Virus record (IMG/VR): IMGVR_UViG_3300050196_000040
Direction: 5' to 3' (one strand)
Length of the DNA stretch: 51,673 nucleotides
From: a virus
A program made the position numbers and the translations under genes. The notes under the pieces were generated by a model. That model was given only the letters and a program-made list of their open reading frames with translations, made no database searches and was not told where the DNA came from. Shown here piece after piece: positions 27,096 to 35,085 of the stretch (its first letter is position 1; every line of letters starts with the position of its first letter).

Positions 27096-27493
27096 TATAC
27101 TCAATTACTTTTCAGGCATTGCAAGAGCGGTACACTGTACCCACATACTATTCTAACAGTATGTATGATAGGAACTCAGAGTATAAATATATTCGGGATG
27201 TGCGTCCTTGGATGGGTAAGGTGCTTAATAGCCTTGAGATAGTAGCAGACTACATTAAGGAGAGTGAGGAGGATAGTTTTCTATTCATCATCACCAATAC
27301 ACAGGTGGAGGCGTTTGATAAGTGGATTAAGAAATACAAACTGGAAGAGTTTGTAACTTACCGTATGGAACGTCCCGTAACTAACGGAAATCATCTTCAT
27401 AACGGACGCAACCTTTTGTTCGTGGCGATGTGTTCCAAGATGCATGTATGGCGTGATATGTTTGATGAAACAATTGAATGGAGTGATGTATGA
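27092..27493 (+). CDS. Hypothetical protein, paralogue of 26510..26827
   Basis: ATGA-coupled MIYS.. start; SFLFIITNTQVEAFDKWIKKYKL..NGNH. Confidence 0.55.
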   Translation: MIYSITFQALQERYTVPTYYSNSMYDRNSEYKYIRDVRPWMGKVLNSLEIVADYIKESEEDSFLFIITNTQVEAFDKWIKKYKLEEFVTYRMERPVTNGNHLHNGRNLLFVAMCSKMHVWRDMFDETIEWSDV

Positions 27494-28278
27494 AAATTAT
27501 GCTTGGCTGTGACCCGGAGGCTTTCCTCATGGATGTGAATGGACAACTCAAATCGTCCATTGGATTGATTGGTGGAAGCAAGGAACTTCCTCGCCCCCTT
27601 CCCTTGGGTGAGGGTTATGCTGTTCAAGAGGATAATGTGGCCTTAGAGTTTAACATTCCTCCAGCAGAAGGTCGGTCACAATTCGTGGATAGCATTCGTG
27701 GTACATTAAACTTTTTAACTGAAATGGTTCAAGGTGAATACGGATTTACAATATCTGAAATCTCTGCTGCATCGTTCCCAGAGGCAGAACTCTCAACTCC
27801 TGAGGCTCATATCTTCGGATGTGACCCTGACTTCAACGCTTGGACGAAAGAGGTTAATCCAAAACCTGCGGCAGCAGATAAGGCTCTGCGATCATGCGGT
27901 GGGCATGTTCATATTGGATTCGAGAAAGGGTCAATTGAAGAGGTAGAATTGATTCGCCATATGGACTTGCATCTTGCTGTGCCTGCTGTGCTGATGGACA
28001 AGGGTTTGCTGCGTAAGGAGTTGTATGGGAAGGCAGGAGCTTTCCGGGATAAATCTTATGGTGCTGAGTATCGTACTCTCAGTAACTTCTGGATTTTCAA
28101 CAATCGTTTGATTGAATGGGTATGGGACAATACAAGTCGTGCCGTTGCTGCTGCGGAATCGCGGCTGGTTATTAGCCAAGAGGACGAAGCCGACATTATT
28201 AAAGCCATCAACACAAACGACGTTGCAATTGCAGAGAAGCTAATTAAAAAGTTTAACTTGGATGTTGTATATGTCTAA
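27490..28278 (+). CDS. GCS/glutamine-synthetase-like COOH-NH2 ligase (phage phiEco32-like type 2 family)
   Basis: MLGCDPEAFLMD N-terminus, EDNVALEFN, CGGHVHIG, GAEYRTLSNFW match my recollection of the phage COOH-NH2 ligase family. Confidence 0.65.
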   Translation: MKIMLGCDPEAFLMDVNGQLKSSIGLIGGSKELPRPLPLGEGYAVQEDNVALEFNIPPAEGRSQFVDSIRGTLNFLTEMVQGEYGFTISEISAASFPEAELSTPEAHIFGCDPDFNAWTKEVNPKPAAADKALRSCGGHVHIGFEKGSIEEVELIRHMDLHLAVPAVLMDKGLLRKELYGKAGAFRDKSYGAEYRTLSNFWIFNNRLIEWVWDNTSRAVAAAESRLVISQEDEADIIKAINTNDVAIAEKLIKKFNLDVVYV

Positions 28279-28441
28279 AGAGAGACTTATGGAGCTTATT
28301 CAAAAATTTGCAGAGCAGTCCAGCTTCTATGTTTGTGAAACAACCATCCATTACTGGCATGTGGAGGAAGCAATCGAGCAGTATATCAAGCAATGGCGAC
28401 AAGTAGAAGTAACCAAGGTTATGGGGAATACTAATGTTTGA
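28271..28441 (+). CDS. Hypothetical protein (56 aa), not in ORF track
   Basis: Overlaps both neighbours by a few nt; fills the gap between 28278 and 28434. Confidence 0.4.
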   Translation: MSKERLMELIQKFAEQSSFYVCETTIHYWHVEEAIEQYIKQWRQVEVTKVMGNTNV

Positions 28442-29069
28442 AAAATTTATGTCTGTAGAAGCGAATGATTTTCGCCAACGCTACCAAGGTACTTATGGAT
28501 ACTTTACCCACAAAGGTAAACGTACCCTGACACGCTTGGACAAAATTCAAGCTGACGGTCGGTCATCTTTTGTGGAATTCTCAGATCGTGATGGTTTGAA
28601 GTATCTTCTTCATCCTGATAGCGAAGATAATGATACTGGCTTTGAGTTCCTTCCTCCAAAGTCCGCCTACTTTAATACTAAAGAGGGTGTTCCACTCTTG
28701 GTGACTCGTGTTCCTGCTCGACAATATCTGCGTGGTATTTGTGACCGCAATACTCAGATTACTGATATGCGAAACAATCTACGAGAAGTGGGGTTTGAGA
28801 CACTCACTAAATTGTTTGAGGATAAGACAGATGCTCAGAGAGCTATGGCTGCTGCAATTGTGTCTGATTCCTCTGGGCGTGGGGTGGCTATTAGTCCTTC
28901 GTTTGCTGTGTCTTTTGCACTTGGTTCAATTAAATGTTTTAATCAAACCATTGGGCAGTGTCAATTTGATAAGGGATTGTTCACAATCTCCCTTGATAGT
29001 CAAGAGTTGTGGGGACAGGAAATCACGGATGCTTTCCGTCGTGCTAAGTTGAACATGATTTTGAAATAA
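28434..29069 (+). CDS. Hypothetical protein of the amidoligase cassette
   Basis: 211-aa ORF; no recognisable motif. Confidence 0.55.
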   Translation: MFEKFMSVEANDFRQRYQGTYGYFTHKGKRTLTRLDKIQADGRSSFVEFSDRDGLKYLLHPDSEDNDTGFEFLPPKSAYFNTKEGVPLLVTRVPARQYLRGICDRNTQITDMRNNLREVGFETLTKLFEDKTDAQRAMAAAIVSDSSGRGVAISPSFAVSFALGSIKCFNQTIGQCQFDKGLFTISLDSQELWGQEITDAFRRAKLNMILK

Positions 29070-29078
29070 GGAGTAGAT

Positions 29079-30191
29079 ATGAATCCAGTAGATGTATGGG
29101 GTGTTGGTAAGCCTAATGTAAAGAAGTACATTAAAGTTACCGAAGGATGTGTCTCTCCTGATTTGGTTATTGGTTTGGAGCTTGAAACTGAAAATGTCAA
29201 CACCAGTGCCGATGCTGCAAGCAAGATGGCAAAACCTTACAACTTTGTTGTAGAGAATGATGGTAGTTTGCGTGGAGTGGCATATGAGTATATCAGTCTC
29301 CCTATGCGTACTGAACATTGCCTGTCTGCTCTTACAGACTTCCTTGCAATAAACAAGTTTACTGATGCCAACTACACAGACCGCTGCTCTGTTCATGTAC
29401 ACGTAAATTGTACAGATATGCAGATGGAGCAAATCTCTTCCCTTGCTTTGCTATACACTGTGATGGAAGATATTATGTTCGAGTTTGTTGGTGGTCATCG
29501 TGATAGTAACATCTACTGCATCCCTTGGAACCAGTGTCGTGCCCACCTTGACTTGGTGAACAAGTTTCTTGGCGACCCTAACACTGTGCTCAAGCGTTGG
29601 AACAAGTATACTGCATTGAACATGCTGCCTCTTGCCAAGCAGGGTACAGTAGAGTTCCGCCAGATGCACGGTACAGCAGATATGAAGAAGCTAGGTGTGT
29701 GGATTAACTTGATTGGCTCTTTGTTTAAGTGGGCTAAGGCTTATGAGTTAAAAGTTTTAATCAGCGAGTTGAAGGAACTTAATTCCAACTCCCACTATGA
29801 GGCATTCTTTAATAAGATTGTCTCAGGCTTGCTTCCTTACAACGAAGTCTATCGTGAGAAGCTGGAGCAAGGGGTTATCTTTGCTAAATATAGCTTGGTG
29901 AGTATGGAGTCCAAACGTACTAAGCCCTCAGCTAAAGTTGCAGCAGCTACGGCAGCAGTACCTGATTGGTTGAATGTTGCCTTTGCAGAGCCTGCTATCC
30001 GGGTACGTCGTCCTGAAATTAATGCTGCTGCTCAACGGATTGATGCAGAATTAAATGCTATGCGTCAACGTCAAGAAGTAGCAGAAATGCTTCGTAATGG
30101 AGCTATGCAAGCCCAGCCTGTGGCTGCTGCTGGAAACTTGTGGGGTGTGGCCCCTAATGAAGTTCGTGTTAATGTAGAAGGAGAGTTTTAA
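29079..30191 (+). CDS. Amidoligase (Amidoligase_2-like, glutamine-synthetase fold)
   Basis: IGLELETEN, DGSLRG.AYEYISLP, CSVHVHVN, TVEFRQMHGT motifs; Ala-rich C-terminal tail. Confidence 0.7.
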   Translation: MNPVDVWGVGKPNVKKYIKVTEGCVSPDLVIGLELETENVNTSADAASKMAKPYNFVVENDGSLRGVAYEYISLPMRTEHCLSALTDFLAINKFTDANYTDRCSVHVHVNCTDMQMEQISSLALLYTVMEDIMFEFVGGHRDSNIYCIPWNQCRAHLDLVNKFLGDPNTVLKRWNKYTALNMLPLAKQGTVEFRQMHGTADMKKLGVWINLIGSLFKWAKAYELKVLISELKELNSNSHYEAFFNKIVSGLLPYNEVYREKLEQGVIFAKYSLVSMESKRTKPSAKVAAATAAVPDWLNVAFAEPAIRVRRPEINAAAQRIDAELNAMRQRQEVAEMLRNGAMQAQPVAAAGNLWGVAPNEVRVNVEGEF

Positions 30192-30192
30192 T

Positions 30193-31560
30193 ATGTGTGG
30201 ACTTGTCGCAATTGTTACAAAGAATAGCCATGGCTTTACTAAGGAACAAGTAGATGCCTTTGATAATCTCCTGTTTATTGACGCCTTGCGCGGCATGGAC
30301 TCTACTGGTGTGTTTGTCGTGGACAAAGATGGTAGTATGGACTTGGCTAAGGAAGCTACAGCTTCTTATGACTATCGCCAAGAGGAGGCATATAAAGACC
30401 TATGCAAGAAGGCTTTCCAAACAGGACGGGCTATGGTGGGCCATAATCGTGCAGCTACCAAAGGGGCCATCACTGATGCTAATGCACATCCTTTTGTGGT
30501 AGATGATCGCATCACCTTGTGCCATAATGGTACACTATGGGGCGATTGGTCTAAGCTCACAGATGCTAAGGTTGATGTGGATAGCAATGCCATTGCCCAT
30601 AAAATCCATGAGTGTGATGATGATGTTGAGAAAGCATTGCAGCAAGTTAACGGAGCATATGCCCTCATTTGGCATGACTTCAAGAACAACACACTCAACT
30701 TTGTCCGTAACAACCAGCGTCCCCTTCATTATGTAGAGACAACTAATGGATGGATTTGGGCATCTGAGGCTAACATGATTGAGTGGATTCTTGCACGACA
30801 CTCATTCAAAGCACAGTCTAAGGTGGAGATGCTTAATGCTGGTACTCTTGTTACTTATGACTTCACCAACAACTCTTGGAAGCTAGATCATAAAGATATT
30901 GAGTTGGAGGCTCCTAAGCCTGCTGTTGTTACACAACATACAACATACCCCAATCATCCATATGCTAATGGCTACAGCTACTCAGGAGGTCGTTACATGG
31001 ACGCTCAATGGGAAGCAGAGGATGATGACGGCGTAGTATTTGGTGGTAAGCCTGTGTGTGAGATTCCACAACATATGTCAGGTATGCAGCGTAAGCTGGC
31101 TGACTCTATGGAACAGAACACTCGCATTGAACGTGCTAAGATGACTGGCCGCACTATCTCCAATGAGAATCGTTTGGCTGCTCAATATAAGTTTGACATT
31201 CCCTCGATTACATTTGCAGAAAACTCTGAAAAGGTTGCCTCAGATAATGATTGGGTGTTGGCTACTTGTATTGACTCTGATACTGTCAAGCCTAGCGATG
31301 GTACTTATGGCTACTTCATCTATGCCAAGCTGCACAAAGACCCCAACTATATGGTCAAGTGCTTTCTTCCTCCTTCGACAAGTGAAATGGATATTCTAGA
31401 CTGGTGTCTCAATGGTCAGGAAATTGAGTTCCATGTCATCAGTCGTCAATGGCGTGCTTACAATGACGCTGCACACGGTCAGGGTTTTGCTATGCTCAAC
31501 TGTGACCTATATCGTTCCCCCCTATCCGCTTTGGATAAAAAACTTGAGGCTCTACTCTAA
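30193..31560 (+). CDS. Class II (Ntn) glutamine amidotransferase-like protein with unknown 230-aa C-terminal domain
   Basis: MCGLVAIV (Cys2 nucleophile), RGMDSTG, GHNRAAT, HPF, CHNGTL pattern of GATase-2 domains. Confidence 0.75.
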   Translation: MCGLVAIVTKNSHGFTKEQVDAFDNLLFIDALRGMDSTGVFVVDKDGSMDLAKEATASYDYRQEEAYKDLCKKAFQTGRAMVGHNRAATKGAITDANAHPFVVDDRITLCHNGTLWGDWSKLTDAKVDVDSNAIAHKIHECDDDVEKALQQVNGAYALIWHDFKNNTLNFVRNNQRPLHYVETTNGWIWASEANMIEWILARHSFKAQSKVEMLNAGTLVTYDFTNNSWKLDHKDIELEAPKPAVVTQHTTYPNHPYANGYSYSGGRYMDAQWEAEDDDGVVFGGKPVCEIPQHMSGMQRKLADSMEQNTRIERAKMTGRTISNENRLAAQYKFDIPSITFAENSEKVASDNDWVLATCIDSDTVKPSDGTYGYFIYAKLHKDPNYMVKCFLPPSTSEMDILDWCLNGQEIEFHVISRQWRAYNDAAHGQGFAMLNCDLYRSPLSALDKKLEALL

Positions 31561-32276
31561 TGGCTAAACTCGTTCTCGTTCCCCATAACATGGGTTCTCG
31601 TTCTGCTAAAGAACTTGCTATTGCACTCTCCCACAAGCTGGGCTATAAGGTGTATCGTGTTGCCCCTCAACGTGTCCGTGGTCGGTCATCCTTTCAGTTG
31701 CAAGGTGGCACAGACAAACTTACGCAATTAAATCTTTTTACTCAACACAATGTTACATGCCCTGAATACACTACCAATCGTGATGTGGCTGCTGGTTGGA
31801 TTACTGCTGATAATTCTACTGTCGTATGTCGTACATTGCTACGTTCGTCGGAAGGCAAAGGAATTGTTGTCGCAGATAGTGTGGAGCAGTTGGTCCGCGC
31901 CCCTCTTTATACCAAGTACGTCCCAAAGAAGGCAGAGTACCGAGTGCATGTCCTCGATGGAGAAGTCATCGGAGTCCAAATGAAAAAGAAACGGAAAGGA
32001 TTTGAAGATGAACGTAATACTAAGATTCGTAATCTTGCTAATGGTTATGTCTTTTGCCGTGAAGGTATTGTGGAACCCGCTGGCTTGCGTGACTTGGCGA
32101 CAAAGGCAACGAATGCTCTTGGTTATCGTCTTGGTGCCGTGGACATTGCCCACAACGTGAAGAAAGAAAAACTTGTCTGTCTCGAAGTTAATGCCTGCCC
32201 CGGAATGCAGGGACAAACTCTTGAGGACTACTCCGATTGTATCTCCTTTGACCACATTGTGAAGGGAATTCGATAA
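31560..32276 (+). CDS. ATP-grasp ligase (RimK-like)
   Basis: SSEGKGIVV, EYRVHVLDGEVIG, CLEVNACPGM; TAATG coupling at both ends. Confidence 0.7.
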   Translation: MAKLVLVPHNMGSRSAKELAIALSHKLGYKVYRVAPQRVRGRSSFQLQGGTDKLTQLNLFTQHNVTCPEYTTNRDVAAGWITADNSTVVCRTLLRSSEGKGIVVADSVEQLVRAPLYTKYVPKKAEYRVHVLDGEVIGVQMKKKRKGFEDERNTKIRNLANGYVFCREGIVEPAGLRDLATKATNALGYRLGAVDIAHNVKKEKLVCLEVNACPGMQGQTLEDYSDCISFDHIVKGIR

Positions 32277-32506
32277 TGCGTTGCTATTGCTGCCAGCGTT
32301 TGCTGAATGATTTTGAGTCTACTCGTAAGAGTAAAACTACTGGAGAGTATCTAGATATGTGTAATGCATGTGTTGCATCTGTCTCAGATCAACTAGAGGT
32401 AATTGATCGCACTGACTTTAACGAAGGAGATGTTCCAGACGAGGAGATTGAATTTGACGACACGTTTGCAGACGATAACAATCTTTATGGAGATGATAAT
32501 GAATAA
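32276..32506 (+). CDS. Small zinc-ribbon protein with acidic tail ending in Glu
   Basis: CYCC..CNAC cysteines; C-terminus DEEIEFDDTFADDNNLYGDDNE. Confidence 0.6.
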   Translation: MRCYCCQRLLNDFESTRKSKTTGEYLDMCNACVASVSDQLEVIDRTDFNEGDVPDEEIEFDDTFADDNNLYGDDNE

Positions 32507-33231
32507 TGTCCAAATTCTTACATCATGAGCAGTGTCCTAGATGTGCTGCTAACGGCTCTGATCGCAGGGGGAATAATCTTGGCGTGTGGGCTGATGGCGC
32601 TTGCTATTGCTTCTCGTGTGGTTACAGAGTTGGAGCAACTTACCGACAATTAAAACTTTTAAATGAGGAGAATGTAAATGATAAAGAAAAAGCTGTGCTC
32701 CCTCGTGATTTCTCAAGAGATATTCCAGCAGAATATTGGCAATGGCTCCTCCAGTATTCCATCCCCTATTCCTACTGGCAAACCTATTGCGGCTATTCTG
32801 AGAAAGACAAGCGACTTGTATTCACTGTCGGCAATCCCACAATGTTCTCCATCGGCAGGAGTCTCGATAAGTCTGTGGGAACAAGTAAATGGAAGGTCTA
32901 TGGAGATAAATCTTCTTACGTTGAAGTCATCAACGACAAAATATCTGGACAAGTTGTTCTCGTTGAAGACCTTATATCCGCCCACAAAATTGGACTAGCA
33001 GGATTCACTGCGATTCCTTTGTTTGGTACCAGTATAGGAGATATACACATTAAAAAGCTACAAGCTCTAAAACGCCCTGTAAGCCTCTGGTTGGATGCTG
33101 ACCAGTACTCGCTACTAGCTCGTAAGATCGGACGCCTACAGAGCCTTGTAGGGGCCTCTGTGAGGCATATAACAACTAGACTGGACCCCAAGGGCTACTC
33201 CTCCATAGAAATTAAGGAAATATTGACATGA
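32506..33231 (+). CDS. DNA primase (zinc ribbon + TOPRIM)
   Basis: CPRCAANGSD..CYCFSCGY zinc ribbon; VVLVEDLISAHK and LWLDADQ TOPRIM-like acidic motifs. Confidence 0.75.
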   Translation: MSKFLHHEQCPRCAANGSDRRGNNLGVWADGACYCFSCGYRVGATYRQLKLLNEENVNDKEKAVLPRDFSRDIPAEYWQWLLQYSIPYSYWQTYCGYSEKDKRLVFTVGNPTMFSIGRSLDKSVGTSKWKVYGDKSSYVEVINDKISGQVVLVEDLISAHKIGLAGFTAIPLFGTSIGDIHIKKLQALKRPVSLWLDADQYSLLARKIGRLQSLVGASVRHITTRLDPKGYSSIEIKEILT

Positions 33232-33491
33232 TACGAATTCCTGCACAACATAATGTGGAAAATCCACCCGGCGTGGCCCATCCAACCAATCAAGACAAGC
33301 CACTTAGCTATATGATTGACGATTACAAGCGCTGTGCTAAAGAAGAAGTAGGCCCTGATCTTTTTGTAGGTGATGTAGGTGAAGACTGCATGATCGAGTG
33401 TGGTGGATGCCAGTCACATTACCTTACAAAAGAGAGTAGTTGCCCTGTCTGTAACAAGCCTTTTATATATCCAGAAGGAGCATCATGGTAG
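33228..33491 (+). CDS. Hypothetical zinc-ribbon protein
   Basis: CGGCQSHY..CPVCNKPF; ATGA coupling. Confidence 0.5.
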   Translation: MIRIPAQHNVENPPGVAHPTNQDKPLSYMIDDYKRCAKEEVGPDLFVGDVGEDCMIECGGCQSHYLTKESSCPVCNKPFIYPEGASW

Positions 33492-33658
33492 AAGTAACAT
33501 GGACGTTTACAAAAACTTACACAAAAGAGGAATGGGACACATTGCCAGTTAGTGAAAGTAATGACCTAATTAAGATAGGTTACCTACAAATAATGGATGA
33601 ATGGGAGAATTCTGTAGGTTTTGACGATCTCTCTCTCTCCTGCTCTATTGACAAGTAA
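33485..33658 (+). CDS. Hypothetical protein (57 aa), not in ORF track
   Basis: ATG overlaps the upstream stop; its 3-prime end carries the -35 of the 33648 promoter. Confidence 0.4.
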   Translation: MVEVTWTFTKTYTKEEWDTLPVSESNDLIKIGYLQIMDEWENSVGFDDLSLSCSIDK

Positions 33659-33676
33659 CAGAATTTATGTTAAACT
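33648..33676 (+). promoter_or_regulatory. Sigma70-type promoter with extended -10
   Basis: TTGACA-17 nt-TAAACT with TGt immediately upstream of the -10. Confidence 0.55.
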
Positions 33677-33728
33677 AGAATATATATTATATAATATATA
33701 TATTAAATAAATATATATATATATATAT

Positions 33729-33760
33729 AGAGAATAATATCAACAAAGATATTATTCTCT
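33729..33760. repeat. Hairpin B-prime, exact reverse complement of 19573..19604
   Basis: AGAGAATAATATC AACAAA GATATTATTCTCT. Confidence 0.9.
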
Positions 33761-33766
33761 TATATA

Positions 33767-33798
33767 ACAAATAAATTACTTTGTTGTAATTTATTTGT
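33767..33798. repeat. Hairpin C, 13-bp perfect stem with the same C-TTTGTT-G loop
   Basis: ACAAATAAATTAC TTTGTT GTAATTTATTTGT. Confidence 0.9.
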
Positions 33799-33918
33799 AT
33801 AGGAATTAAACTTTTTAATTGGAGAGAAATTATCTACTTACCAGAGAGAGACTTACTTGTACTACTACTGAGTAAGGAATCATTTAACAACTACTACCAA
33901 TACCTAGACCAAGGATAC

Positions 33919-35085
33919 TTGCGAGACAACTACAAAGAACTGTCTCACCTATACACTGCTTTGAAAGAATGTCATTCTCTTATTGAGACTGACTTATCCC
34001 TTGAAAGTTTCCAAGCATTCTTCTTTAGCAGATTCCCAGACCTAGACAAAGAGATTTATCTCTCCTTGTTTAAAACGCTCCAGGACACGAAAATAGATGC
34101 TGGTATGGGGGTAGCCTTACTCAAGCAAATTAAACAGCGTAGACAGGCTCTAATCCTGTCTGAGGCCTACTTTAAATACTCAAATGGAAACCTAACTCGT
34201 GAACAACTCAAATCAGTCCTTGATGATACTCGCACAGAGAGCACAGAAACGGCAGAAGAATTTGAATTCGTCACTACTTCACTATCATCAATCATCGAAG
34301 ACATATTCCAAAAACCTGGACTACGATGGCGCTTGGATGCGCTTAACAAATCTCTTGGAAGTCTCCGCAAGGGCAACTTCGGATTTATCTTTGCAAGACC
34401 AGAGGCCGGAAAAACTACCTTCCTAATCTCCGAAGTTAGTTATATGATGCAGCACCTACGGGATGAAGATGGGTCGGTCATCTGGTTTAATAACGAACAA
34501 GTTGGTGCTGAGGTTATGCTGCGTATGTACCAAGGATACTTTGGTTTACGTCTTGAGCAAGTTAGAGCCAACCCAAAGAAGTATGAGCAAGAGTTTATAG
34601 AGCAGACAAAAGGAAGATTCCTCCTAGTAGATAATGCTGCTATTGACAAAGGATATGTAGAGCGAGTAGTTAAAAGATTTAATCCAAGTTTGATTGTAAT
34701 AGATCAGATTGATAAGGTTAAAGGGTTTGCAGCAGACCGTGAAGACCTACGACTCGGAGCCATCTACATATGGGCACGAGAGTTGGCTAAACAATACTGC
34801 CCTGTTATTGGTGTTTGTCAAGCGGATGGTTCGGGTGAAGGTCAGAAGTGGCTCACCATGGATAATGTCTCTAGTGCAAAGACTAGCAAGCAGGCAGAAG
34901 CAGATTGGATTTTAGGCATAGGTACTGTCCATCAAGAAGGGATGCAGTTTATTCGCTATTTGAATATTAGCAAGAACAAACTCCTTGGAGACACGGACAC
35001 TATTCCCCGCCTGCGACATGCTCGATTAGAAGTGTTAATCGAGCCTGAGATTGGCCGATACAAGGATTTAATAAAGTATGAATGA
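33919..35085 (+). CDS. DnaB-like replicative helicase
   Basis: FIFARPEAGKTTF (Walker A), SLIVIDQID (Walker B), GVCQADGSG; the frame is open back to 33820 without a canonical start codon. Confidence 0.8.
   Translation: MRDNYKELSHLYTALKECHSLIETDLSLESFQAFFFSRFPDLDKEIYLSLFKTLQDTKIDAGMGVALLKQIKQRRQALILSEAYFKYSNGNLTREQLKSVLDDTRTESTETAEEFEFVTTSLSSIIEDIFQKPGLRWRLDALNKSLGSLRKGNFGFIFARPEAGKTTFLISEVSYMMQHLRDEDGSVIWFNNEQVGAEVMLRMYQGYFGLRLEQVRANPKKYEQEFIEQTKGRFLLVDNAAIDKGYVERVVKRFNPSLIVIDQIDKVKGFAADREDLRLGAIYIWARELAKQYCPVIGVCQADGSGEGQKWLTMDNVSSAKTSKQAEADWILGIGTVHQEGMQFIRYLNISKNKLLGDTDTIPRLRHARLEVLIEPEIGRYKDLIKYE

Noticed and set aside
25212-32506. The amidoligase cassette as a thymidine or cytosine DNA-hypermodification pathway
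   Set aside because: No dUMP/dCMP hydroxymethylase, 5-hmdU DNA kinase, glycosyltransferase or DpdA/QueC-type enzyme is recognisable in the genome. The idea is kept only as a remote possibility inside the main finding.
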